From: an uncultured Holophaga sp.
Lineage (GTDB): Bacteria > Acidobacteriota > Holophagae > Holophagales > Holophagaceae
Reading direction: 5' to 3'
NCBI GenBank assembly: GCA_963664825.1
Contig: OY761614.1
Location: 1,440,001 to 1,504,000 of the forward strand
Length of the DNA: 64,000 nt
In this document: positions 9,733 through 19,872 of the stretch, piece after piece
Layout: each line of letters opens with the position of its first letter
Position numbering within the stretch: the first letter of the stretch is position 1
Program-made: the position numbers and the translations under genes
The notes under the pieces: model-generated
What the model was told of the DNA's origin: nothing
What the model saw: the letters and a program-made list of their open reading frames with translations, nothing else
Databases searched by the model: none

Positions 9733-10406
9733 TGAGGACCCGGATCCTTTCCTTGTTCACCGCCCTCACCCTGGGCGCCGCTGCCCCCCCCCCTAAGGAA
9801 CTGGTGGAGCGCTTCGATGTGGCCCAAGCCAAGGTGGCCTCCCTTCAGGCCCCCTTCACCCTTACCCTGCGCCGGGCCATGCTCAGGACCCCTACCGTCA
9901 CCCGGGGCACCCTCTACCTCCAGGGTTCGGAATTCGTGCATTTCACCTTTTCGGCTCCCGAGGACCTGATCCTGCATATCACCCCCAAGGAACTCGTCTC
10001 CTACAGCCCCAGCGGGGGCACGGGGGAGCGGCTGAAGATCGGCTTCATCCGCAACCACGACCGCCGTTTCCTGGGGCTGGGTCAGAAGCTCTCCGATCTC
10101 TCGGATTACTTCCGGCTCACCGTCGGCGAAGGCAGGGAGCTTCCAGGCTGCTACCTGGCCACGCTGATACCCCGAAGCTACAACATGAAAAAGCGCTTTC
10201 AGGCCCTCTACATCTGGGTGGACCGGGAGAAATACCTCCCCCGCCAGGTCACCTGGGTGGAGCGCAGCGGGGATACCTGGCTCCTGGAATTGGGCACCCT
10301 CCAGATGAACCAGCCCCTTCCTGCCACGGTCACGGGCTTCAGGGTGCCCACCGGGGTCCCCCTGCGCTCCGCATTCAGTTTTTTCGCCACCCGGAAGAGC
10401 AAGTAG
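9732..10406 (+). CDS. LolA-like outer-membrane lipoprotein carrier family protein
   Basis: Signal peptide, SLQAPFT, RGTLYL, IWVDREKYLP and C-terminal F-x-VP-x-GV are typical of the LolA fold. ATG overlaps the upstream TGA. Confidence 0.7.
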   Translation: MRTRILSLFTALTLGAAAPPPKELVERFDVAQAKVASLQAPFTLTLRRAMLRTPTVTRGTLYLQGSEFVHFTFSAPEDLILHITPKELVSYSPSGGTGERLKIGFIRNHDRRFLGLGQKLSDLSDYFRLTVGEGRELPGCYLATLIPRSYNMKKRFQALYIWVDREKYLPRQVTWVERSGDTWLLELGTLQMNQPLPATVTGFRVPTGVPLRSAFSFFATRKSK

Positions 10407-10548
10407 ACCCTTGCCAGAAGGCCCTCCTGCCCGCTTAACGGCGGCCTTGTCCTGGGGATCCCTGGCGGCAGGGAAAGAAAGGGTTATTTCCTAAGGGCTC
10501 CGCACCCGCGCCAACGCTAAACTAGCGACAATCAAGCTCGAGGCATCC

Positions 10549-11175
10549 ATGATCGTCGTCTGTCCGTCCTGCTCAGCCCGCTTCCAGTATGACGAGGCCC
10601 GCTTTCAGGGCGCCCCTCACAAGCGCTTCCGCTGTCCGAAGTGCGCTGCAGTGTTCGAGGTGCCCAACCCCGCCCCCCAGGAAGACCCCACCTCGCCGCT
10701 GGCCGTGTCCTCCCCCCCCCTGCCGCCAAATAGGCCCGGCCTTGGCCCAGAGGGCACGGAAACCGTGGCTCTCGCCTCTGCCCGGGAAACGACCGCTCAG
10801 CGGAGTCGGGAGTCCATGCTCTCCCAGGCCGGGCTCGGCGCTAGCCTCCCGGCTGGCATGCACTACAGCCTGGCCTTCCTCTCCGGGCCCATGTCCTCCA
10901 CCGTGCGACCGCTCACCACCTCCCAGACCATCATCGGCCGAGAGGAAGGCGATATCCTCACCAAGGACCCGGAATGCTCCCGGCGCCACTGCCGCGTGGA
11001 CATCCACACCAACGGGTCGGTTTGGCTCACGGATCTGGGTTCCACCAACGGCACCTTCGTGGACGGAGTCCAGATCTTCGGCACCATCCAACTCACAGAC
11101 AGACAGGAGTTCACCTGCGGCCGCAGCACCTTCATGCTGCTGGTCCGCACGGATGACCCGCACATGATGATGTGA
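10549..11175 (+). CDS. Zinc-ribbon (MJ0042-type) plus FHA-domain protein
   Basis: CPSC..RCPKC at the N-terminus. FHA motifs IGR, SRRH, DLGSTNGT. Confidence 0.9.
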   Translation: MIVVCPSCSARFQYDEARFQGAPHKRFRCPKCAAVFEVPNPAPQEDPTSPLAVSSPPLPPNRPGLGPEGTETVALASARETTAQRSRESMLSQAGLGASLPAGMHYSLAFLSGPMSSTVRPLTTSQTIIGREEGDILTKDPECSRRHCRVDIHTNGSVWLTDLGSTNGTFVDGVQIFGTIQLTDRQEFTCGRSTFMLLVRTDDPHMMM

Positions 11176-11178
11176 ACC

Positions 11179-13200
11179 ATGACAACCCGAGATCCCTTCG
11201 AATCCTATCTCAAGAAGGCAGCCGTGCTCTTCGAGGTCGGAGACGTGGTCCAGGCAGGCCAGATCTGGCAGGCCATCCTCAAGAAAGCACCCAATCATGC
11301 TGAGGCTCGGGCCGGTCTCTACAAGGTGAAGCTCTACTTCGACGCCCGGGCTACCCAGGATGGCCTCATCTCCGAAGCCAAGCAGGAACCGGTCGCCCAA
11401 CCAGAGCCCCATCCCGCCCCACCGCCGGAGGTGGCAGTCCCCAACGAACTCGTCCGGATGCTGGAACAGGGCTGCACCCTCTATGACGCGGGGCACTTCG
11501 AAGATGCCATCGCCAAGTGGGCCCTGGTCCTGGAGAGGGATCCCTCCAATGTGCTGGCCAAGGGCTACATCACAGGCGCCCAGCGGGCCCTGGGCCAACC
11601 CACCCCAGAAACGCCGAAGCAACCCAGTCCCCGCTCCACCGCCGCCCTGGCCCCGGAACTCTACCTGGGTACAGGGGCTATCCCCGCTCCGGCGCCTTCC
11701 GCACCGAAAGAGGCCCTGGCCCCAAATAAGGACGAGGTCGACCGGCTCCTCCGGGATGGCTGCACACTCTACGACATGGGCCAGCCCGAGGATGCCCTCC
11801 GCAAGTGGGAGCAGCTCCTCGGCATCGAACCCGAGCACCAGCTGGCCCGGGCCTACATCAAGGATGCCCGCCGGGATCTGGGCTTGGACACCCTCTCGGA
11901 CGGGGCAATCCCCGTGCCCCAGGAACTCCCCCCCACAGGCGTCCATCCCGGGGAACAGGCGGCGCGAATAGAACAACTGATGCGGGAGGGCACCCAGCTC
12001 TTCGATATGGGCATGAGCGCCGAGGCGATTCTCAAGTGGGAGGAGGTCCTCGCGCTGGAGCCTCACCACCCGGACGCCGAGGCCTACCGGGCCCTGGCCC
12101 TGAAGGAATCCCAACCGCCCTCAGTGCCCATCGAAAAGCCCGCCGTGGAGCCTCTCTGGGAGGAGATCGAAACCCATCTTCGGAAGGCCGAATCCCTCCT
12201 CCATCAGGGACGCTTCGAGGAATCGGCTTTCCTGTTCCAGGAGGCCCTGAAACTAGCCCCCCAGAATGTCAGGGCGCTCCAGGGCCTTCACCAGGCCGAG
12301 ACCCTCCAGGAGGCCCGCAGGGGCACCCATGCCGCCCCTTCGGCCCAACTCTACCCCCCGACACCGCCCCTGCCAGGGGCCCAAAGGGATGCAGCCATAA
12401 CCCCTCCCCTGCCCCTAGAACCGCCCCTTCCAGAAACCGATCCCGCCGAGCCGCCCTCCCTGCTCACGGCTCCGGCTCCTCCCCCACGCAAGGGCCTGGA
12501 ATTACCCCGCCTGCTGCGGCAGTTGGAAGCCGAGATCCCACCCTGGCTCAAGGAGCCCAAGATCATTGGGGCCATCCTGGGGAGCGTGGTGGCCTTGAAT
12601 GTGATCTATCTGGTGATCCGGTGGAACCGGGGTGAGACGCTCCTGAAGCAGAAGACCATCTCCTTCAGGGAGACCGCCCTGGCCTCGGTGGCCCGGAACC
12701 TGGATATCACGAACCTGGGCGAATCCCCCGAGGCCATCCGCCGGGAGGCCGAATCCGCCCTCAGCGACGATCCCCTCCGCGCCTATTACCGCGCCCAGGC
12801 ACTCATCGTCCAGAATCCTCTGGATGCACCCGCCGCCCAGCTGATGGGACAGGCCAGCGCCGCCATGGCCCAATCCCCGGCCGGAGGCCAGGGCTCCATC
12901 CAGGAAGTGGACAAGCTCCTGCAGGGCGGTGAACTCGATGGCGCCGAGCGAATGCTGCTGGGCCTGCTGAAGAAGACCCCGGACGACGCAGATCTCAAGG
13001 CTCGCTTGGCCCGTCTCAGCCTCAACCTGACCCAGATCTATGCCCTCAAGGAACGCTGGGGGGATGCGGAGGACCAACTCAAGCGCGGCCGTGCCATGTT
13101 CCCCGCGGACAAGGCCTGGGGGGCGCGACTGGTCTTCCTGGGGCGCATCAAGGCCATGAGCGCCGAGGAGCGCAGGGCCTGGATCCAATTCCTGGGGTGA
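11179..13200 (+). CDS. Multi-TPR, Pro-rich single-pass membrane protein
   Basis: About five TPR units separated by Pro-rich linkers, TM IIGAILGSVVALNVIYLVI, further TPRs after the TM. Confidence 0.8.
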   Translation: MTTRDPFESYLKKAAVLFEVGDVVQAGQIWQAILKKAPNHAEARAGLYKVKLYFDARATQDGLISEAKQEPVAQPEPHPAPPPEVAVPNELVRMLEQGCTLYDAGHFEDAIAKWALVLERDPSNVLAKGYITGAQRALGQPTPETPKQPSPRSTAALAPELYLGTGAIPAPAPSAPKEALAPNKDEVDRLLRDGCTLYDMGQPEDALRKWEQLLGIEPEHQLARAYIKDARRDLGLDTLSDGAIPVPQELPPTGVHPGEQAARIEQLMREGTQLFDMGMSAEAILKWEEVLALEPHHPDAEAYRALALKESQPPSVPIEKPAVEPLWEEIETHLRKAESLLHQGRFEESAFLFQEALKLAPQNVRALQGLHQAETLQEARRGTHAAPSAQLYPPTPPLPGAQRDAAITPPLPLEPPLPETDPAEPPSLLTAPAPPPRKGLELPRLLRQLEAEIPPWLKEPKIIGAILGSVVALNVIYLVIRWNRGETLLKQKTISFRETALASVARNLDITNLGESPEAIRREAESALSDDPLRAYYRAQALIVQNPLDAPAAQLMGQASAAMAQSPAGGQGSIQEVDKLLQGGELDGAERMLLGLLKKTPDDADLKARLARLSLNLTQIYALKERWGDAEDQLKRGRAMFPADKAWGARLVFLGRIKAMSAEERRAWIQFLG

Positions 13201-13916
13201 GTCCAGCCGACGTGTCTACCCGCAATCAATGTCCCAGTTGCCATTCCCGGCTTTCACCCTTCGCGGTGGAATGCCCGGTGTGTGGATTGAGCCTGGCCCG
13301 GCAGGCGCTCCCCCGCCCCCTCCTGTTCCAGGCCAGTGCCCTTCAGCATTCGATCCCCACCGAAGACCGGACCCAGGCCCTCTCGGTGCCGGCCCTGGGC
13401 CGCGTCACGCCCGTGCTGATTCCGGAACCCACCCCTGGGCTTCCCATAGAGCCCCTGCCCCTGCCCCTGCCCCCACCCCAGCCTTCCCCAGACCTAGAAG
13501 CCCAGGAGACCTCCTTCTGGCCCCTGGTGCGCATGGAGCTCGCGGAACTGATGATCCTCGCCCTCCTCAACGGCCTCTTCGCCCTGCTGGCGGCCGCCCT
13601 CTGCCGGGCGCCCCTGGGGCGAGTCTACGGCGAACTCTGGCCCTTCCTGGTGCCTGTGCACGTCGGCATATCCTGGGCCTTCATCATGGTGCCCATGGCG
13701 CTCACGGGACAGTCCCCCATGATGGGTTCCCAGGGCCTGCTGCTGGACACGGGCCAGCCCGAGCAGCGCCTCACCTTCTCTATATTCCATCTCCTCTCGG
13801 TGGCCCTCTTCCCGCTCTCCTTCCTCTGCCTGATCCTCACCCCCAATCACCGCACCTTGGCCGAGCTGCTCACGGGCCAGGAGATCCTGGCGCGGCCCCT
13901 GCCTAGGCTGCGCTAA
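13197..13916 (+). CDS. Zinc-ribbon plus RDD-like membrane protein
   Basis: CPSC..CPVC, Pro-rich linker, TMs with GQSP..GL and RTLAELLTG (RDD-like). GTG overlaps the upstream TGA. Confidence 0.65.
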   Translation: MSPADVSTRNQCPSCHSRLSPFAVECPVCGLSLARQALPRPLLFQASALQHSIPTEDRTQALSVPALGRVTPVLIPEPTPGLPIEPLPLPLPPPQPSPDLEAQETSFWPLVRMELAELMILALLNGLFALLAAALCRAPLGRVYGELWPFLVPVHVGISWAFIMVPMALTGQSPMMGSQGLLLDTGQPEQRLTFSIFHLLSVALFPLSFLCLILTPNHRTLAELLTGQEILARPLPRLR

Positions 13917-13930
13917 GCCGTCGGGGGCTC

Positions 13931-15874
13931 CTAATCCGGCAGGTGCATCCTCACGCTGGTGACGATGACTCCGGGCTTGAGCAGGAGCTGGGCCTTGATG
14001 CGCAGGGCCATCTGGCCATGGAGCACGCGCTCCCACCAGTGGCGGGTGACGAATTCGGGAAGGATGATGGTGAGGCAGACATCGGGCTCGGCGAGACGGA
14101 AACGATCCACTTCGGCCAGGATCGGCTCCACGATACGGCGATAGGGGCTTGGCACACTCCGGAGGGGCACACCCATGCCGTAGTAGACCCAATCGGCGCG
14201 GAGCTTCTGGATGGCGGGGCTATCGTTGTACCCGTCGGAGCCGAGGTCCACGGTGAGAGCCTCCACCCGATCACCACTGATCAGCCGGGCATAGCGCAGG
14301 GCCTGGACGACCCCCTTGTGCAGGCTTGAGATGAGCACGATGGCGTGATGCTTGGTGGGTAGTGCCGCGTCCAGGCGGCTGGCGGCCAACTTGGCCGTGA
14401 GGCCGATATAGTGGCGGTGGATATTCAGGAAGAGCACCACCAGGGCCGGGATGAGCACCACGATGAGCCAGGCGCCGTGGGCGAACTTGGTGATGGCGAT
14501 ATCGAGCATCACGATGCCTGAGGTGAGCATCCCCAGACCGTTGACGAGGGCCTTGGTATGCCAGTGGGGCACCTTCCCCTTCAGGTTGATCCAGTGCATC
14601 ACCATGCCCGCCTGGCTGAGGGTGAAGCCCGTGAATACGCCCAGCGCGTATAGCGGCAGCAGCAGATCCGTATTGGCGTTCATCATCCAGACCAGGCCGC
14701 AGGAGAGCACCGTGAGGATAATGATGCCATTGGAGAAGACAAGCCGATCGCCCTGGACGGCGAACTGCTTGGGCATGTAGGCGTCGCGGCCGATAAGGGC
14801 GGCCAGGCGCGGGAAGTCGGCATAGGCCGTGTTGGCCGCCACCACCAGGATGGCGAAGGTGAAGCCCTGGGTCAGGTAGTACATGAGCTTGGGCAAGCCA
14901 TGGGCCACATCCCCATAGATGACCTTTGCCAACTTCGAGAGCAGGGTCTCCGCGACGATTTCAGGGTTCGCGCTATGGGCGTAAATCACGCCGAAGTGGT
15001 TCGAGAGGAGGGTGATGCCCAGGAACATGGTTCCCAGCAGGAGCACCATCCAGATCATGGTCTTAGAGGCGTTCCGTTCCGGCGGATCCCGGAAGGCCTG
15101 CACCCCATTGGAGATGGCCTCCACGCCGGTGAGGGCCGTGCATCCCGCGCTGAAGGCCCGCATGAAGATCCACACCAGCGCCAAACCCGAGAAGCGCTGG
15201 GCGTGATCGAGGGCCCCTTGTACCTGCTGAAGGCTGGGGGTGAGGGCCTCGCTCCCGAAGGCCCAGCGGGAGAATCCCACCGAAAGCAGGATCATCATGC
15301 AGATCACGAATCCGTATGTGGGCACGGCGAAGAAGGCGCCACTCTCCTTCACCCCTCGCAGATTGGCCACGGCGATGAAGACGATGGCGACGATGGTGAG
15401 CAGGACGTTATGACCCAACAGGAAGGGTGCCGCCGCCGTCACGGCTGCAACCCCTGAGGAGACCGAAGCCGCCACCGTCAGGATGTAGTCCGTGAGTAGG
15501 GAGGCCCCCGCCACCAGGGCCGCCAGTTCCCCCAGGTTCGCCTTGGCCACGATGTAGGCCCCGCCTCCCGTGGGATAGGCCAGGATGGTCTGCCGGTAGC
15601 TCACCCCCAGGATGAGCAGCAGACCCGCGATGCCAAGGGCCACGGGAATGGACATCCCGAAGAGCGGCTGGGCCAAACCCGCCACAGACACGACCGCCAC
15701 ACCCTGGGGCAGGGCCATGGACAGGGAGGCCATGATCTCCTGGGTGGCATAGGCCACCGAGGAGAGGGCATCCGAGCTGAATACCGAAAGGCCGACAAAG
15801 TTGTTCAGCTTGGTGTGATGGGTCTCGTCGCTGGCTAGGCGTCGGCCGAGGAGGAAGCGCTTGAGTTCAGACAT
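13931..15874 (-). CDS. APC-family permease, KimA/YdaO-like K+/H+ symporter (copy 2)
   Basis: KRFLLGR, SSDALSSVAY, TDYILT, TGVEAISNG, PLYALG, cytoplasmic C-terminal domain SPYR..LPEFV..LH. Confidence 0.88.
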   Translation of the reverse strand: MSELKRFLLGRRLASDETHHTKLNNFVGLSVFSSDALSSVAYATQEIMASLSMALPQGVAVVSVAGLAQPLFGMSIPVALGIAGLLLILGVSYRQTILAYPTGGGAYIVAKANLGELAALVAGASLLTDYILTVAASVSSGVAAVTAAAPFLLGHNVLLTIVAIVFIAVANLRGVKESGAFFAVPTYGFVICMMILLSVGFSRWAFGSEALTPSLQQVQGALDHAQRFSGLALVWIFMRAFSAGCTALTGVEAISNGVQAFRDPPERNASKTMIWMVLLLGTMFLGITLLSNHFGVIYAHSANPEIVAETLLSKLAKVIYGDVAHGLPKLMYYLTQGFTFAILVVAANTAYADFPRLAALIGRDAYMPKQFAVQGDRLVFSNGIIILTVLSCGLVWMMNANTDLLLPLYALGVFTGFTLSQAGMVMHWINLKGKVPHWHTKALVNGLGMLTSGIVMLDIAITKFAHGAWLIVVLIPALVVLFLNIHRHYIGLTAKLAASRLDAALPTKHHAIVLISSLHKGVVQALRYARLISGDRVEALTVDLGSDGYNDSPAIQKLRADWVYYGMGVPLRSVPSPYRRIVEPILAEVDRFRLAEPDVCLTIILPEFVTRHWWERVLHGQMALRIKAQLLLKPGVIVTSVRMHLPD

Positions 15875-15939
15875 AGGGCGGAATTGGGCTAAGCATAAGC
15901 CATCGCCCACTGCCTGGGGAGATCAATCCATTGGAAAGT

Positions 15940-17883
15940 TCACTCCATCTCTGAATCCAGATGGTAGGGGATGGAGATGACCACCGTTTTGGGCCTGGAG
16001 AGGAGGGTCGCCTTGAGGCGCAGGGCCGTCTGATTGTGGAGGAGGTTGCCCCACCAGTGCTCGGTGACGAATTCCGGCAACACCACGGTGAAGGTGCACT
16101 CCGGCTCTGCGGCCCTCATGCGATCCAACTCCTCCGCCACCGGTTCGACGATCTTCCGGAAGGAATTCTCCAAGACCCGGAGGGGAATGCCTTCGCAGTA
16201 CCGGTGCCAGTCGGCCTCGAGGCGCGCGCGCTCGGCGCTGGGTTTCCCGTAGGCATCCAGGAAATCCACCGTGAGGGCCTCCACCTGGCCGCGCTCGGCA
16301 ATGGTCTTGGCGTATCGAATGGCTTCCAGCGTGCCCCGATGGATTCTCGAAACCAGCACAATGACACGGTTCTTCCGGGCATAGATGTGTTCCGTGCGGC
16401 TGGCGGCCAACCGTGAACGGACGCGAATGTAGTGGCGGTGGATACGGAAGAAGACGACAACCAGTCCTGGCACCAGGAGCACGATGATCCAGGCCCCATG
16501 CACGAACTTCGTGATGCCGATATCCAGCATCACGATCCCCGCCGCAGCCGCGCCGAAGGCGTTCACCACGGCCTTCAGGAGCCACTTCGGTTCCGACTTC
16601 TTCCGGTTGAGCCAGTGCACCACCATGCCCGTCTGGCTGATGGTGAAGCCGATGAACACGCCCAGGGCGTAGAGCGGGAGCAGGAGATCGGTGTTGGCGT
16701 GGCAGATCCAGACCAGGGCACAACTCACGAGGGTCAGGAGGAGGATGCCATTGCTGAAGACCAGACGGTCGCCCTGGCTGCTGAGCTGCTTGGGCAGGAA
16801 GCCATCCCCCGCATGAAGGGCGGCCAGTCTCGGGAAATCCGCATAGGCGGTGTTGGCTGCCACCACCAGAACGGCGAAGGTGAAGCCCTGGGTCAGGTAG
16901 TAGATCAGCTTGGGCAGACCATGGGTGACATCGCCATAGATGGCCTTGGCCAGCTTGGAGAGCAGTGTCTCCGCGACATGGCTCGGATCGGCGCTATGGG
17001 CGTAGACCACGCCGAACTTACTGGAGAGGAGCGTGATCCCCAGGAACATCACGGCCAACAGCGTGATCATCCAAACCATGGTCTTGGCGGCATTCCTGGA
17101 GGCCGGTTCCTTGAAGGCCGTCACGCCATTAGAGATGGCCTCCACACCCGTCAGAGCCGTGCAACCCGCGCTGTAAGCCCGCATGAAGACCCACACCAGG
17201 GCGAATCCCGAGATATTGGTGGCCTGCTGCACCGACTGATGGACCTGCACAGGGGTCGGTCCCCCGCCCAGGATGGCCTTCACAGATCCCACGGCCAGCA
17301 TGAGCATCATCAGGAAGATGAACCCATAGGTGGGAATGCTGAAGAGAGCGCCGGATTCCTTGACGCCCCGGAGATTGGCCACGGCGATGAAGAGGATGGC
17401 GGCGATGGTGATGGTGACGTTGTAGCCGCCAAGAGAAGGCACGGCGGAGCTGACGGCCGCGACGCCCGAGGAAACGCTGGCCGCCACGGTGAGGATGTAG
17501 TCCATCAGGAGCGCGGCTCCCGCGGTCTGGGCCGCCACTTCACCCAGGTTCTCCTTGGCCACGATGTAGGCCCCGCCGCCGCCGGGGTAGGCCATCACCG
17601 TCTGCCGGTAGCCGATGCCGAGGATGACCAGTAGGCCCACGATGCTGAGAGCCACGGGAATGGAGAGCCCCATAAGGGCCGCCGTCGCACCCGCGAGGGT
17701 GATCCCGACCAAACCATGGAGATTGCTCGAGAGGCTGGCCATGATTTCCTGGGTGGCATAGGCCACGGAGGAAAGGGCGTCCGAACTGAAGACCGCCAGC
17801 CCCACGAAATTATTCACCTTCGTGTTGTGCATCTCATCGCTGGCGAGCCGACGACCGAGAACGAAACGTTTGAACTGAGGCAT
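15940..17883 (-). CDS. APC-family permease, KimA/YdaO-like K+/H+ symporter (copy 1)
   Basis: Same motifs as the neighbour: SSDALSSVAY, MDYILT, TGVEAISNG, LPEFV..LLHNQTA. Confidence 0.88.
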   Translation of the reverse strand: MPQFKRFVLGRRLASDEMHNTKVNNFVGLAVFSSDALSSVAYATQEIMASLSSNLHGLVGITLAGATAALMGLSIPVALSIVGLLVILGIGYRQTVMAYPGGGGAYIVAKENLGEVAAQTAGAALLMDYILTVAASVSSGVAAVSSAVPSLGGYNVTITIAAILFIAVANLRGVKESGALFSIPTYGFIFLMMLMLAVGSVKAILGGGPTPVQVHQSVQQATNISGFALVWVFMRAYSAGCTALTGVEAISNGVTAFKEPASRNAAKTMVWMITLLAVMFLGITLLSSKFGVVYAHSADPSHVAETLLSKLAKAIYGDVTHGLPKLIYYLTQGFTFAVLVVAANTAYADFPRLAALHAGDGFLPKQLSSQGDRLVFSNGILLLTLVSCALVWICHANTDLLLPLYALGVFIGFTISQTGMVVHWLNRKKSEPKWLLKAVVNAFGAAAAGIVMLDIGITKFVHGAWIIVLLVPGLVVVFFRIHRHYIRVRSRLAASRTEHIYARKNRVIVLVSRIHRGTLEAIRYAKTIAERGQVEALTVDFLDAYGKPSAERARLEADWHRYCEGIPLRVLENSFRKIVEPVAEELDRMRAAEPECTFTVVLPEFVTEHWWGNLLHNQTALRLKATLLSRPKTVVISIPYHLDSEME

Positions 17884-17989
17884 AGGCACCTGAAGGAGCT
17901 ACCAACCCGTAGCCGCAAAGGATCCATTTGAACACAGATCCCGCCCTCTTCCAGGGCAAGTGGCCACGAAGGGGGAGATTTGTCCCGGC

Positions 17990-18877
17990 TCAGCAGGCCA
18001 GCGCTTCCACCACGTGCAGCTGCCCTGGCCCGAGGGGCCATAGCCAACGCTTCCCATGAAGGAGGGGCCGGCCCTGGAGAGCAGCCATCACATCCACACC
18101 CACCAAGGGATCGATGATTTCCAGGGGACCCGCGGCCCGCAACTGGGCCTTCCATTCCGCCGTGAAGGCCCCCAACTCCACCATAGGTCCCTCACCCAGC
18201 ACGGCCCTGTCATGCACCATCCAGAGCCTGGCATCGCTCTCCTGCAACACCTCGAGGAGGCGCTTCAGGAGGCGGGCCGTCCAGAGATCCAGGGCCACCG
18301 CCAGAGGATCCACCTCGTCCGGATCGAATCCCCAGGGTCCCTCGGGGGCGAAGGCGCCTTCCACGATGCGCTGGGCCAAGGGCGCCAGCTGGCCCATGAA
18401 ATTGGCGGCCAGGATGGTGCCGGGATGATGGTGCGCGATCCAAGCCTCCAGGGGGAGCGGTTCCACAGGCAGGGAGGGCAGCAGGGCCGCGAGTCGGAGG
18501 CGGGCGATCTCCCAGCGGCGGCGGCGTCCCGACCAGCTTTCCCGCACAGCCCGCTGGGCGGCGCACTGCAAGGGAACAAAGGCCCCCGTGATATCTCCGA
18601 AGACCCAAGGAGCCCGGCGGCCATGCCGGAGCAAGGTCCGCACCCGACTGAATGGATCGGCATCCCAGCCGGTGCTGCCCTTGGGGGCCCTATCCCAGGG
18701 CACTTCCAGGCCCGAGCCAGCCCCCAGGATGAGGATGGGCCGCTGAGGATCGGCGCATTCCAGGCCCTCGCCCAGGAAATCCCGGACCTGCAACAGGTGC
18801 TCCACCCAGTCCCGGCGATTCCTGGCCAGGAAGGCCCGCTGCTCCCGGGCTAGCATGCGCTGAAGGGGACTGAACAT
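17990..18877 (-). CDS. Hypothetical protein with a Rossmann/SAM-binding-like glycine loop
   Basis: ILILGAGSGLEVP followed by GWDAD and GDIT. Fills the gap between known genes. Confidence 0.5.
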   Translation of the reverse strand: MFSPLQRMLAREQRAFLARNRRDWVEHLLQVRDFLGEGLECADPQRPILILGAGSGLEVPWDRAPKGSTGWDADPFSRVRTLLRHGRRAPWVFGDITGAFVPLQCAAQRAVRESWSGRRRRWEIARLRLAALLPSLPVEPLPLEAWIAHHHPGTILAANFMGQLAPLAQRIVEGAFAPEGPWGFDPDEVDPLAVALDLWTARLLKRLLEVLQESDARLWMVHDRAVLGEGPMVELGAFTAEWKAQLRAAGPLEIIDPLVGVDVMAALQGRPLLHGKRWLWPLGPGQLHVVEALAC

Positions 18878-18945
18878 CCCTCCACTTTACAGCGGCCGTG
18901 ACCCACTCCCGGATCCCAGGGTTCAAACTGGAGGGGAGGTGTCCA

Positions 18946-19872
18946 ATGCCCCGTTTCTCCAAGCGTGCCGGTCGGGAGGTCCTGAATGGCCATGTGCGGC
19001 TTCCTGAATGGATCACCCGGGACCGCGTGAAGCTCTCGGAACTGCACGCGATGAAGACTGATTTGAGGTCCTCCGGTCTGCACACGGTCTGCGAGGAGGC
19101 TCGCTGTCCAAACCGCAATCACTGTTTCACCCATGGCACGGCCACCTTCCTGCTGATGGGTGACACCTGCACACGGGCCTGTGGCTTTTGTGCGATCCAG
19201 AGCGGGCGACCGAACCCCCTGAACGCCTGTGAACCCGAGGAAACGGCCGCTCGGGTCTCGGAGCTGGAGCTGAAGTTCGCCGTGCTCACCTCGGTGAATC
19301 GCGATGATCTGCCCGATGGCGGCGCCGCCCACTTCGCCGAGACGATCCGGGCGATCCGTCGGCGCTGCCCCGGCGTGGGCGTGGAGGTCCTGGTGCCCGA
19401 TTTCCTGGGAGATCTGGAGGCCGTGGCCACCGTGGTCGCCGCAGGCCCCGCCGTCTTCAACCACAACACGGAAACCGTGCCCAGCCTCTATTCAACGGTG
19501 CGCCCTTCCGCCCGCTACGAGCGCACTCTGAGGGTCTTGAAGGAAGCCAAGAGCCTGGGCAAGGCCCTCTACGGCGACGAGTTCCGCACCAAATCGGGCC
19601 TGATGCTGGGCCTGGGTGAGACCGAAGAGGAGTTGATGGTGGTCTTCGCCGCCCTGGTGGAGGCGGGCGTGGACATCCTGACCCTGGGCCAGTATTTGAG
19701 GCCCACCCGCCACCAATTGCCCGTCCAGGCCTACATCCACCCGGACGAGTTCGCCGCGCTGGGCCGCAGGGCCAAGGCCCTGGGATTTCGCACCGTCTAT
19801 GCCGGCCCCCTGGTGAGATCGAGCTTCAATGCCCAGGAAGTGAGCCAGTACGAAGGCATCTCCATTGCGTGA
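18946..19872 (+). CDS. lipA: Lipoyl synthase
   Basis: CEEARCPNRNHC, CTRACGFC, TSVNRDDL, HNTETV, GPLVRSS. GGAGG upstream. Confidence 0.95.
   Translation: MPRFSKRAGREVLNGHVRLPEWITRDRVKLSELHAMKTDLRSSGLHTVCEEARCPNRNHCFTHGTATFLLMGDTCTRACGFCAIQSGRPNPLNACEPEETAARVSELELKFAVLTSVNRDDLPDGGAAHFAETIRAIRRRCPGVGVEVLVPDFLGDLEAVATVVAAGPAVFNHNTETVPSLYSTVRPSARYERTLRVLKEAKSLGKALYGDEFRTKSGLMLGLGETEEELMVVFAALVEAGVDILTLGQYLRPTRHQLPVQAYIHPDEFAALGRRAKALGFRTVYAGPLVRSSFNAQEVSQYEGISIA

Noticed and set aside
17884..17989. Possible c-di-AMP (ydaO) riboswitch upstream of the KimA-like genes
   Set aside because: The gap is only about 105 bp and I cannot find the conserved ydaO elements. An Infernal search with RF00379 would settle it.
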